DNA of 64,000 nucleotides from Eubacteriales bacterium (GCA_031556335.1 JAVBTE010000032.1:92-64091), one strand, 5' to 3'; positions 10,095-18,688 are shown, counted from the first letter of the stretch. The notes: generated by a model from the letters alone, not told the origin. Made by a program: numbers and translations.

Positions 10095-11158
10095 TTTGCC
10101 TCCGCTTCGCTCGCTTTCATGTATTCCTCCATTTGCCGGAGAGTAACGCTTTGCAGGGGTTCCCCAGCCTTGAAGGCCTTGGTCCATTCCACGGTTTTTT
10201 GAACAGCCTCCTCCACGTGCCAGGTGGGCTGCCAGTGGAGGGCTGCTTTCAGCTTGGAACAGTCCAGCTTCAAAAAGTTCGCCTCATGGGGGGCGTTTGC
10301 CTCCGCCAGGTTTTGCCAGGAAGCGCCCTGCCCCCAGCAGCGCACAAACAAATCCACCAGACGGCCCGTGGAGACGCAGTCGCCGTCGTCCGGGCCCACG
10401 TTATAGCTGTCCGCCAGGGCGGGGTCATCCCACTGGCGTTCCAAAATGCGCAGATAAGCGCTGAGGGGCTCCAGCACATGCTGGTAGGGCCGGGTGCTGT
10501 ACGGGTTGCGCACCTGAATGGGCGCGCCGGATAGCGCGGCCCGCACACAGTCGGGAATGATGCGGTCCGTGGCAAAGTCCCCGCCGCCGATGACATTGCC
10601 GGCCCTGGCCGTGGAAATGGCCACCCGTCCATCCGCGAAAAAAGACCGCTGATAGCTGTGGGTCACCAGCTCGGAGCAGCTTTTGCTGTTGCTGTACGGG
10701 TCAAACCCATCCAAAAAATCGGTTTCCCGGTAGCCCCAGGTCCACTCGTTGTTGCGGTATACCTTGTCCGTTGTCACGTTGAGAAGGCCCCGGACCGTGT
10801 CCGTATGCCGGGCGGCTTCCAGCACGTTGACCGTGCCCATCACGTTGGTTTCATAGGTATAGACGGGGTCTTTGTAGCTGTCCCGCACCAGGGGCTGGGC
10901 CGCCATGTGGAGGACGACGTCCGGCCTGGCCCCGGCCATGGCGGTTTGAAGCCCGGCAAGGTCCCGCACGTCCCCCGTGAGGGAGCGCATGCTGCCCGCA
11001 AGCCCCAAAAGCTCAAAAAGGCTTGGGTCTGTGGGGGCCTCCAGGGCGTAGCCGGTAACCTCCGCCCCCAGCCGCAAAAGCATCAGCGAAAGCCAGCTGC
11101 CCTTAAACCCCGTATGCCCGGTGAGAAAAACCCGTTTGCCCCGCCAAAATTCCGCCAT
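10091..11158 (-). CDS. rfbG: CDP-glucose 4,6-dehydratase
   Basis: MAEFWRGKRVFLTGHTGFKGSWLSLML...YSNSKSCSE. The start at 11158 shares 1 nt with the rfbF stop. Confidence 0.9.
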   Translation of the reverse strand: MAEFWRGKRVFLTGHTGFKGSWLSLMLLRLGAEVTGYALEAPTDPSLFELLGLAGSMRSLTGDVRDLAGLQTAMAGARPDVVLHMAAQPLVRDSYKDPVYTYETNVMGTVNVLEAARHTDTVRGLLNVTTDKVYRNNEWTWGYRETDFLDGFDPYSNSKSCSELVTHSYQRSFFADGRVAISTARAGNVIGGGDFATDRIIPDCVRAALSGAPIQVRNPYSTRPYQHVLEPLSAYLRILERQWDDPALADSYNVGPDDGDCVSTGRLVDLFVRCWGQGASWQNLAEANAPHEANFLKLDCSKLKAALHWQPTWHVEEAVQKTVEWTKAFKAGEPLQSVTLRQMEEYMKASEAEAK

Positions 11159-11931
11159 TACCAAACCCTCCAGGGGGCTTTGTTCTCGGCCCACATTTCT
11201 TCCAGCTTTTGCAAATCCCGCTGGGTATCCATGCATTGCCAAAAGCCCGTATGCCGGTAGGCCATCAGCTGGCCGTCCGCCGCCAGGCGCTCCAGGGGTT
11301 CCCGTTCAAACACCGTTTCGTCATCCTCCAGATAATCAAAAATCTCCGGGCCCATCACCATGAAGCCGCCGTTGATGGCGTTGCCGTCGTCGTCGTTCTT
11401 TTCCCGAAACGCGGTGATCTGCTCGTTTTCCTGAATGTCCAAAACGCCAAAGCGCTGGCCGATGTTGATGGCGGTGAGGGTGGCGGCTTTGCCGCTTTTC
11501 TGATGGAAATCCAGCAATTTTTGAATGTTGACGTCCGCCACGCCGTCCCCATAGGTGAGGCAGAAGGTTTCGCCCTGCACATATGGCTGGATGCGTTTGA
11601 CCCGGCCGCCGGTCATGGTGGAAAGCCCGGTGTCCACCAGCGTGACCCGCCAGGGTTCGGCGAAGTTGCTGTGCACCTCCATGGCGTTGGACCGGGTAAA
11701 GTCAAAGGTGATATCGCTGCGGTGCAGGTAGTAGTCCGCAAAAAATTGCTTGATGATGTGCTGCTTATACCCGCAGCAGATGACAAAATCATGAATGCCG
11801 TAATGGGAGTAGATTTTCATGATGTGCCAGAGAATGGGCATGCCGCCCACCTCAATCATGGGCTTGGGCTTCAAATAGCTCTCCTCCGAAATGCGGGTTC
11901 CAAAGCCTCCGGCCAAAATAACAGCTTTCAT
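11158..11931 (-). CDS. rfbF: glucose-1-phosphate cytidylyltransferase
   Basis: MKAVILAGGFGTRISEESYLKPKPMIEVGGMPILWHIMKIYSHYG is diagnostic of RfbF/DdhA. AAAGGAGG lies upstream of the ATG at 11931. Confidence 0.92.
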   Translation of the reverse strand: MKAVILAGGFGTRISEESYLKPKPMIEVGGMPILWHIMKIYSHYGIHDFVICCGYKQHIIKQFFADYYLHRSDITFDFTRSNAMEVHSNFAEPWRVTLVDTGLSTMTGGRVKRIQPYVQGETFCLTYGDGVADVNIQKLLDFHQKSGKAATLTAINIGQRFGVLDIQENEQITAFREKNDDDGNAINGGFMVMGPEIFDYLEDDETVFEREPLERLAADGQLMAYRHTGFWQCMDTQRDLQKLEEMWAENKAPWRVW

Positions 11932-12075
11932 AAGGTGAGGCGGCCTCCTTTGTAGCATCAAATTCATACCTGGGGAACGAATGAAAATATTATACAGGAA
12001 ATTGCCCAAAAAGGAAAGGCGGGGAAGGAGGGGGGAACCAAATTATGAACGCTTCGTAAACAATGCCCAAAACGC

Positions 12076-12103
12076 TTGACAATAGAAGGAAAATGGGTAC
12101 ACT
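12076..12103 (+). promoter_or_regulatory. putative sigma-A promoter of the tetR-ABC operon
   Basis: TTGACA (12076-12081), 16 nt, TACACT (12098-12103). Confidence 0.5.
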
Positions 12104-12119
12104 GAGGGTCACGGCAAGA

Positions 12120-12139
12120 TGACTGACTTACGTCAGTCA
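12120..12139. promoter_or_regulatory. perfect palindrome, candidate TetR operator
   Basis: TGACTGAC-ttac-GTCAGTCA lies between the predicted -10 and the tetR start codon. Confidence 0.6.
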
Positions 12140-12178
12140 ATGAACCGAAAGACCGAGCCAAGCGGGAAGGGGTATGGC

Positions 12179-12781
12179 ATGGCACGAATCAGCAAAGCGC
12201 CGGAGGTGCGAAGGCAGGAATTGGTGGAAGCGGCCAGGGCGCTGTTCATCCTTCACGGGTACGACCAAACCACCGTCAGCGACATCGTGAAGCGGATCGG
12301 GGTGGCGCAGGGGCTGTTTTATTACTATTTCAGCACCAAACAGGACATTTTTTTCGCGGTGGTGGACCAGTTTATTGAGGAGGCCATTTCGGGCCTGGCC
12401 GTTCAACTGCGGGACGACCAAACGCCTCCGCTGGAACGAATCCGCAACCTGATGCAAACCCTGCCGGAGTTTTTGCGGGAGCTGGAAAGCCTGTATCCAC
12501 GGCGCAAAATGGGCATGCCCCCGGAAATGTACGCGGTGATGCAAAGCCATGTGTGCGACGTGCTGGAACCTATGATTGCCAAGGTTTTCAAGGAAGGCCA
12601 TGAGCAGGGGGAGCTGGACGCGCCCTATCCGGACCGCTTGGCCCGCTTTTTCATTTACGGCTTTATTGGCATCGAAAGCATGCACAGCCCGCCGCAGTCC
12701 CATGAAATGATGCAGCTCATCATTCACGTGGCGGAGAGGCTGCTGTGCATTCCCAAGGAAACGCTGGAAACGCGGTCATAA
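12179..12781 (+). CDS. TetR/AcrR family transcriptional regulator
   Basis: MARISKAPEVRRQELVEAARALFILHGYDQTTVSDIVKRIGVAQGLFYYYFSTKQDIF is the canonical TetR N-terminal HTH. GGAAGGGG lies 6 nt before the ATG. Confidence 0.85.
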   Translation: MARISKAPEVRRQELVEAARALFILHGYDQTTVSDIVKRIGVAQGLFYYYFSTKQDIFFAVVDQFIEEAISGLAVQLRDDQTPPLERIRNLMQTLPEFLRELESLYPRRKMGMPPEMYAVMQSHVCDVLEPMIAKVFKEGHEQGELDAPYPDRLARFFIYGFIGIESMHSPPQSHEMMQLIIHVAERLLCIPKETLETRS

Positions 12782-12801
12782 GCAGGCGGGAGGAAATTGC
12801 C

Positions 12802-13503
12802 GTGGGCGATATTGTGCTGAAGGATGTATGCAAGAATTACCAAATCGGGGAAATGGCCATTCAGGCTGTGGACAACGTTAGTTTTGAGGTAAAAAAGGGC
12901 GAGTTCACGGTGGTGCTGGGCCCAAGCGGCGCGGGCAAAACCACGGTGCTGAACCTGCTGGGCGGCATGGACCGGGTCTCCAGCGGGGAAGTGTGGGTGG
13001 ATGGCCGCAACATTGTGCCGATGAACGAAAAAGAGCTGAACCTGTACCGCCGCTATGACGTGGGGTTTGTGTTCCAGTTTTACAACCTGATGCCCAACCT
13101 GACGGCCCTGGAGAACGTGGAGCTAGCCCAGCAGGTGTGCAAGCAGCCCCTGGACCCCAGGGAAATGCTGGACCGGGTGGGGCTGGAAGACCGGATGAAT
13201 AACTTTCCGGCCCAGCTGTCCGGCGGCGAGCAGCAGCGGGTGGCCATCGCCCGCGCGCTTTGCAAAAACCCCGCGCTGCTTTTGTGCGACGAGCCCACCG
13301 GCGCCCTGGACTCGGAAACGGGCCGCATGGTGCTGACGCTTTTGCAAAACGTGGGCCAGGACATGGGCAAAACGGTGATGATCATTACCCACAACGCGGC
13401 CATCGTGCCCGCGGCCCAACGGGTGATTCGCATGAAGAACGGCAAGATTCGCGAAGTGATCGTAAACGAGCATCCGACAGCCATGGAGGAGATTGTGTGG
13501 TAG
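12802..13503 (+). CDS. ABC transporter ATP-binding protein (MacB/FtsE-like)
   Basis: Walker A GPSGAGKTT, signature LSGGEQQRVAIARAL, Walker B LLLCDEPTGALD. The GTG at 12802 follows GGGAGG by 8 nt; the ATG at 12745 would overlap tetR by 37 nt. Confidence 0.88.
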   Translation: MGDIVLKDVCKNYQIGEMAIQAVDNVSFEVKKGEFTVVLGPSGAGKTTVLNLLGGMDRVSSGEVWVDGRNIVPMNEKELNLYRRYDVGFVFQFYNLMPNLTALENVELAQQVCKQPLDPREMLDRVGLEDRMNNFPAQLSGGEQQRVAIARALCKNPALLLCDEPTGALDSETGRMVLTLLQNVGQDMGKTVMIITHNAAIVPAAQRVIRMKNGKIREVIVNEHPTAMEEIVW

Positions 13504-13517
13504 GAAAGCGAAAGGCC

Positions 13518-15833
13518 ATGGGCCCGCTGACGCGCAAGCTGCTCCGGGACCTGCGGGAGGGATGGAAATCCTTCGTGGCCATTTGGATCATCTGCTTGCT
13601 GGCGGTGACGCTGTACATGGGCATCGACGCCACCTGGCGAAGCATGCAGCAAAACCTGGACGCGCAGTTTTTGCAAAGCAATATGTCCGACCTGTGGGTC
13701 AGGGGCGCGGTCAGCGACCGGATGATCCGGGACATGGAGGCGCTGCCCGGCGTTCAAACCGTGCAGCGGCGGCTTGGGGCTTCCACGAAGGCCCAGGGCC
13801 TTGCAACCGAGCCCACCGTCACGCTGATTATGAGCGACGGGGACCCGGTGGTGAACAAGCCCCTGGTGTACGAGGGCGCGTATTTCACCGAGGGCAGGAA
13901 AAACGAGTGTATTTTGCAGCACCGTTTTGCCAGGGCCCATGGGCTTCAAGTGGGGGACACCCTGCGGGTGAAGCTGGGGAACGACCAGATCGACCTGACC
14001 ATTTGCGGCCTTGGCATTTTGCCGGAATATGTGGTGACCAATGACGGAGACGAGTTCTCGCCCTCGGCGCAAAAATACGGCTACGCCTTTGTGGCGCCGG
14101 GCACCCTGGGGTTTTTGCCCTACTCGGAGGCCACGCTGACCCTGGCCCCCGGCGCGGAAGTGAAACAGGTCCGGGCCGAGGTGCAGGAACTGCTGAAAGA
14201 CCAGCAGACCGTGGTGAGCGAGCGGGACGATATTTTTGGCATCAAGATGGCCTCGGAGGAATCCCAGCAACTGCAGGCCCTGGGCACCATTTTCCCGGTG
14301 GTGTTTTTCGTGATCGCCGCCCTCATCACCTGGACCACCATGAGCCGCCTGGTGGAAAACCAGCGATTGCAAATTGGTACCCTTTTCGCCCAGGGCTACG
14401 GCAGGGGCGAATTGATCCGCCACTACACCAGCTATGGGCTGATGATTGCGGTGCTGGGTTCCCTGGGCGGGTTTGCGGGGGCGTACTTCGCCATCGGCCC
14501 CATTTTGCTGAACATCATGTGCACCATCTATGTACTGCCCGGCGCGGAGCCCTACCTGTCGCCCTGGGTGCTGGCGGCCATTACCGTCCTGGTGGCCGTC
14601 ATTACCGGCGGGGCCAGCATGCTCAGCGCCCGGTCGGCCCTGCGGCAGACGCCGGCGGCGCTGCTCCGGCCCAAGCCCCCCGGCAAGGGCACGCGGATTT
14701 TTCTGGAGAACATTAAGGGGTTGTGGTCCCGCATTCCTTTCAGCGAAAAGATGATTTTGCGGAACCTTTTGCGCAACCCCACGCGGCTTTTGATGGGCCT
14801 GGTGGGCGCGGTGGGTTGCACCGCCATGCTGCTGACGGGCTTTGGCCTGAAAGATTCCGTCGGCTATGTATTGCAAAACCATTATACGCGCACCATGCAT
14901 TATAACGCCAGGGCCACGCTGACCGGGGACGCGCCGGTGAATTACGGGCGCAGCGTGGCGCTGCGGGCCGGGGCCGACTCCTTTGAGGAGGAGATGGTGG
15001 CCAGCTGCGAAGCCTTTATTGGCGGGGCCTGGGCGGGCAAGCAGGTGTTCGTGCTTGAAAACGGCCACGACATGGTTCGCCTCAGCGACCAGGAGGGGGA
15101 GCGGATCACGTTGCCGGACCACGGGGTGGCCCTGACCCGGAAGGCGGCGGAGGACTATGACCTGACCCTGGGCGATCCGCTGGAATTGCGGGTGCCCGGA
15201 GGCCGGGCCGTGCGGACGGAAATCGTCAGCATTGTGGAAGTGCAGCTGGACCAGGGCATCTACGCCTCCCACACCGCCTGGGAAAAGCTGGATATGTTTC
15301 CCTGGCAGCCCACCTCGGTGATGCTGCGGGGGCAGAACCTGAACCTGGCCGCCGCCGAGGCGATGGACGGCGTGGACAAAGTGCGAACCCTGGACCAGGA
15401 ACGCACCAGCAACAGCATGATTCTGGACATCATGAACCTGGTGGTGCTGCTGATGGTGCTGTTTGCGGGGGCCCTGGCCCTGGTGGTTTTATACAACCTG
15501 GGGCAGCTCAACTTTTCCGAACGCATCCGGGAACTGGCCACCCTCAAGGTGCTGGGCTTTACCCCCCGGGAGATCAAAAAGCTGGTGCTGCGGGAGAACC
15601 TCATCATCACGTGGGTGGGGCTGCCCATTGGGCTGCTGCTGGGCCCGGGGCTGCACCTTTTGGTGCTGGAGGCCGGGCTGCCCAAAACCATTCAGTTCAT
15701 TCCGTATATTTCCCTGCCCAGTTGGGGGTTCACCTGCGCCCTGACCATTTTGTTCGCGCTGGTGGTGAACTGGATGCTGGGGGCCAAGTTCAAAGAAGTC
15801 AACATGGTAGAAGCGCTGAAAAGCGTAGAATAA
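13518..15833 (+). CDS. ABC transporter permease, double FtsX-domain type
   Basis: MGPLTRKLLRDLREGWKSFVAIWIICLL. Two FtsX-like blocks (ERIRELATLKVLGFTPREI) are separated by extracytoplasmic domains. An alternative GTG start at 13497 overlaps the ATPase stop. Confidence 0.85.
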   Translation: MGPLTRKLLRDLREGWKSFVAIWIICLLAVTLYMGIDATWRSMQQNLDAQFLQSNMSDLWVRGAVSDRMIRDMEALPGVQTVQRRLGASTKAQGLATEPTVTLIMSDGDPVVNKPLVYEGAYFTEGRKNECILQHRFARAHGLQVGDTLRVKLGNDQIDLTICGLGILPEYVVTNDGDEFSPSAQKYGYAFVAPGTLGFLPYSEATLTLAPGAEVKQVRAEVQELLKDQQTVVSERDDIFGIKMASEESQQLQALGTIFPVVFFVIAALITWTTMSRLVENQRLQIGTLFAQGYGRGELIRHYTSYGLMIAVLGSLGGFAGAYFAIGPILLNIMCTIYVLPGAEPYLSPWVLAAITVLVAVITGGASMLSARSALRQTPAALLRPKPPGKGTRIFLENIKGLWSRIPFSEKMILRNLLRNPTRLLMGLVGAVGCTAMLLTGFGLKDSVGYVLQNHYTRTMHYNARATLTGDAPVNYGRSVALRAGADSFEEEMVASCEAFIGGAWAGKQVFVLENGHDMVRLSDQEGERITLPDHGVALTRKAAEDYDLTLGDPLELRVPGGRAVRTEIVSIVEVQLDQGIYASHTAWEKLDMFPWQPTSVMLRGQNLNLAAAEAMDGVDKVRTLDQERTSNSMILDIMNLVVLLMVLFAGALALVVLYNLGQLNFSERIRELATLKVLGFTPREIKKLVLRENLIITWVGLPIGLLLGPGLHLLVLEAGLPKTIQFIPYISLPSWGFTCALTILFALVVNWMLGAKFKEVNMVEALKSVE

Positions 15834-15845
15834 GTGGGAGTGTAA

Positions 15846-16988
15846 ATGAAGATGAAAAACGCGAAGCGGGTGCTCAAAATCCTTTGGATGTGGACCGTGG
15901 TGGCCTCCATCGCCATGGCGGCCACAAGCTGCGCCCTGGCCGAAAAACTGGGCACCGTCATGGCGGAGAATGCCGAAACCCTGGCAAAGACTACGTTTTC
16001 CGCCAAGGGCACCATTGCCAAGCCCGACACCCTGACCCTGATCGCACCCATGGGCGGGCAGGCCGGGGACTTCACCTGGGCCACCGGAGACGCGGTGAAG
16101 GCCGACGAACTGGCCTTTGCCATTACCCCCACCCAGCTTTACGCGGCCAACGACGGCGTGGTGGTGGGGCTTCAGGCCAAGGTGGGGGATCTGGCCACGG
16201 CGGTGCAGGCCCAATACGGCGCGCTGTGTTATATTGACCGGGAGGACATCTGGCATGTGAACGCCTCCACGGTTTCCGCCTACGACGACCCGGTGAACCG
16301 GGACGTGAACATCGGCGATGTGCTGCGGGTGCGCAACGGCACCGGCAGCAACGCCATCCGGGGCATGGGCACCGTGATCTCGCGGACCGGTCGCAACTTT
16401 GTGGTGGAAATGCCCAAGGAGAAATTTGAGATCGAAAAGTCCGTCAACCTCTATTTTGGCGAGGGCGACAACTACAAGGAAAAAGAACAGGTGGGCAAAG
16501 GCACGGTGGTGCGCCCGGCCATGTTGCCCGTAAACGGCGAGGGCGTCGTTGCCCAGGTGCTGGTGAAAAACGGCGACAAGGTAAAGCGCGGACAGCCGCT
16601 TTTCACCCTGGACAGCCCCAGCGCCACCTATGGCGACAAACCCGCAAAGCCCGAAGTACGCTTCCCCGAAGCGGGCCTTGTGAATGAGGTGCTGGTGCGC
16701 CCCGGGCAGTTCCTGGCCCAAAACCAGGCCGTGGCCACCCTGTTGCCCGTGGGCGCGCTGGAAGCCGCCCTGGAGGTGGATGAGCTGGACATTGCCAAGG
16801 TGCAGGTGGGCCAGGCCGTGCGGGTGACCGTGGACGCCTATTCCGGCCAGGAGCGCACGGGTACCGTGCGGGAGATTCGCGCCATGGGCCTCACCGTGCT
16901 GGACACCACCAAGTTCCTCGTCAAAGTCGCCTTCGACAAGGCTGACGACCTGATGATCGGAATGCACGTGACCGGGTATTGGGATTGA
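15846..16988 (+). CDS. HlyD-family / efflux periplasmic adaptor subunit
   Basis: N-terminal signal/lipobox-like segment (IAMAATSC), a lipoyl-like hairpin VKNGDKVKRGQPLFTLD, and a beta-barrel region VDELDIAKVQVGQAVRVTVDA. Confidence 0.8.
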   Translation: MKMKNAKRVLKILWMWTVVASIAMAATSCALAEKLGTVMAENAETLAKTTFSAKGTIAKPDTLTLIAPMGGQAGDFTWATGDAVKADELAFAITPTQLYAANDGVVVGLQAKVGDLATAVQAQYGALCYIDREDIWHVNASTVSAYDDPVNRDVNIGDVLRVRNGTGSNAIRGMGTVISRTGRNFVVEMPKEKFEIEKSVNLYFGEGDNYKEKEQVGKGTVVRPAMLPVNGEGVVAQVLVKNGDKVKRGQPLFTLDSPSATYGDKPAKPEVRFPEAGLVNEVLVRPGQFLAQNQAVATLLPVGALEAALEVDELDIAKVQVGQAVRVTVDAYSGQERTGTVREIRAMGLTVLDTTKFLVKVAFDKADDLMIGMHVTGYWD

Positions 16989-17385
16989 CGGGGGGATGAG
17001 GGGACGGGGAGACGCCAGGGGTGCTGGTTCAGCTTTCACGGCGCGCGCATCACTGCCGTTCACGCGCACCTAAAGCTTCCCGCTTCGGGTCGCTAGCGGC
17101 TGCGCCGCTGTGTCCACCGGGCACACGCTTCCCTTTGCGCCCCAGGACCCCGTCGGGGCTTCGCCCTGAACCCATGATGACCGCGTTTCACGCGGTCAGG
17201 GGATATTCAGGAAATATAGATGAAGAGAACAACAACCCAAAACAGCAAACGAAAAGGCCGGGCAAACGCCCGGCCAATGATCTTGTTCTGACCGCGTGAA
17301 ACGCGGTCAATGATGGGGTCTGGGGGCTTGCCCCCAGGCGGGGCGCAGGGGTGAAACCCCTGCTAACCTTCCCCCCGTCCTTTCC
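16989..17385. repeat. intergenic multi-hairpin cassette, copy 2 (full palindromic copy with an extra insertion)
   Basis: G-tracts at 16990-17021, hp2 17153-17169, hp1 TGACCGCGtttcaCGCGGTCA 17178-17198, core with terminator, hp1' TGACCGCGtgaaaCGCGGTCA 17289-17309, hp2' 17320-17337, hp3' GCAGGGGtgaaaCCCCTGC 17345-17363, then a C-tract. Confidence 0.8.
17256..17275 (-). terminator. terminator in the core of cassette copy 2
   Basis: GGCCGGGC-aaac-GCCCGGCC. On the minus strand it is followed by the T-rich TTTTCGTTTGCTGTTTT. Confidence 0.6.
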
Positions 17386-17731
17386 CCCGCTTGTACGCCA
17401 CAATCTCCGCCACGAGTTCATAAGGAAAGGGCTTGGCGTGGGGAAACTGGATGCCGCCTTTGGTACGCTTGTAGTCCGCGAGCTTGTCGCCCATGGCCGC
17501 GATGGCCTCCGGGCCCGGATGCACGCCAACGTGCCGGGTTTCGCAAGCAAAGTAGATGAGGGGTTTGCCGTTCAGCTTGTAGCCGGGCATGCCGTAGGAG
17601 ATCAGTTCCGTTGCGTCGGGGGCGGCGGCAAGGATGGCGGCGCGGATATCGGACAGGCGCTGCCGCAGTTCGGCCGGCTTCAAAGCGATGTATTCGTCCA
17701 CGGTCTCAGGCGCTTTTTTAGGTTCAGTCAT
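17363..17731 (-). CDS. DUF1801 (YdhG-like) domain protein
   Basis: MTEPKKAPETVDEYIALKPAELRQRLSDIRAAILAAAPDATELISYGMPGYKLNGKPLIYFA is typical of DUF1801. Confidence 0.75.
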   Translation of the reverse strand: MTEPKKAPETVDEYIALKPAELRQRLSDIRAAILAAAPDATELISYGMPGYKLNGKPLIYFACETRHVGVHPGPEAIAAMGDKLADYKRTKGGIQFPHAKPFPYELVAEIVAYKRGKGRGEG

Positions 17732-18179
17732 GGCGCGCCTCGGGCTGGATGCCCATGCTTTCTTCCATCATCCGGCAGCGTTCATCAAAGCTCACTTCCC
17801 GGTGGATCTGGTGCAGCATCCAAAGGTAGCCGTAGGGGTCCGCGACGATGGCGTTGCTCACGCCCATTTCCGGCATTTCGGTCAGGGGCTGGACGGCGGT
17901 AAAGCCTTCGTTCATCGCCTTTTCGTAGGGGGCATGGATGTCCGGCACCACGATGTTGATCCACATGGGCTTGGGATCGCCGGGCCTGGGGGCGGTCATC
18001 TGGTATTCCGGGTTCTCGTCCAACAGATGAAACCGGCTGCCGTACATTTGAAAGACCGCCTCGTTCAGGCCCTTGGGGTAGGAGGTGACCTCCACGGGTT
18101 CCGCGCCAAACACGGCCTGGTAGGTTTTCAGGGCTTTCAGGCTATCCGCAACGATCATATCGATTTCTACGCCGATCAT
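17724..18179 (-). CDS. VOC / glyoxalase-fold family protein (PhnB-like)
   Basis: 151 aa, ...AVFQMYGSRFHLLDE...DPYGYLWML. The last motif is characteristic of PhnB-type VOC proteins. Confidence 0.7.
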   Translation of the reverse strand: MIGVEIDMIVADSLKALKTYQAVFGAEPVEVTSYPKGLNEAVFQMYGSRFHLLDENPEYQMTAPRPGDPKPMWINIVVPDIHAPYEKAMNEGFTAVQPLTEMPEMGVSNAIVADPYGYLWMLHQIHREVSFDERCRMMEESMGIQPEARHD

Positions 18180-18292
18180 CGGTTTTCTTCCTTTCTAAAA
18201 TGTGATGAGGGAGACTGGTAAAAGGATCATAGCAGAAAGCGCCTGATTATGCTATCATGAATTTTACAGGGCATACAGAGGGAGGAAACGCA

Positions 18293-18688
18293 ATGGATCA
18301 AACGATGTTTGGGAAGATGAAGGCAAAGCCCGGAATGGCGGTTTGCGTGTTGAACGCGCCGGAGGGGTACCCCGGCCTGCCGGAGGGGTGCGCCGGAGTG
18401 GATAATCAGGCGGACTTGGTGCATCTGTTTGTCAAAAGCCAGGCGGAGTTTCGGGAAAGAATCGCCGGGGCGATGGAAAGACGTAAGCCGGGCGGGCTTT
18501 TCTGGATTTCTTACCCCAAAAGCGCCGGAAAGGTGCGCTACGATATTAACCGGGACAGCCTGTGGGACGTGGCCATTCCCTGCGGCGTGCATCCGGTGGC
18601 CCAGGTGGCGCTGGACGAGGAATGGTCTGCGCTGCGCCTTGTGGACAACAAGCCCGGCGAAACCTATGAAAGGCCGGGGAAAAAGTGA
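18293..18688 (+). CDS. hypothetical cytosolic protein (possibly DUF3052-like)
   Basis: GGGAGG lies before the ATG at 18293, and codon bias matches neighbouring genes. The family assignment is tentative. Confidence 0.55.
   Translation: MDQTMFGKMKAKPGMAVCVLNAPEGYPGLPEGCAGVDNQADLVHLFVKSQAEFRERIAGAMERRKPGGLFWISYPKSAGKVRYDINRDSLWDVAIPCGVHPVAQVALDEEWSALRLVDNKPGETYERPGKK

Noticed and set aside
13080-15272. 730-aa minus-strand ORF antisense to the ABC ATPase and permease genes. The same applies to 30715-33834 (1039 aa), 33880-36006 (708 aa), 61588-63942 (784 aa), 501-1649, 15489-17069, 20296-21267, 21543-22553, 23733-25340, 38648-39685, 39716-40741, 41774-43300, 51134-53203 and others.
   Set aside because: Their translations are Arg/Gly/Pro/His/Ala-rich low-complexity strings with no recognisable motifs. 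Each lies exactly antisense to a gene with strong, motif-level identity. Long stop-free antisense frames are expected in GC-rich DNA.
17021-17299. 92-aa ORF inside cassette copy 2. Similar ORFs read through the other cassettes (2206-2505, 2381-2755, 35741-35959, 35971-36159, 25237-25512, 40912-41112). Their shared peptide strings such as SGLRPEP looked at first like a repeated small protein.
   Set aside because: The shared peptides simply reflect the repeated DNA. They occur in both orientations and in different frames, have no RBS, and span terminator hairpins.
16989-17385. Whether the hairpin repeats could be a CRISPR array or a MITE/IS.
   Set aside because: It is not CRISPR: the units are inverted rather than direct, there is no constant repeat-spacer periodicity, and the copies are dispersed over 40 kb. 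An IS is excluded because no transposase is present. A non-autonomous MITE or REP-like origin cannot be excluded and is discussed in the findings.
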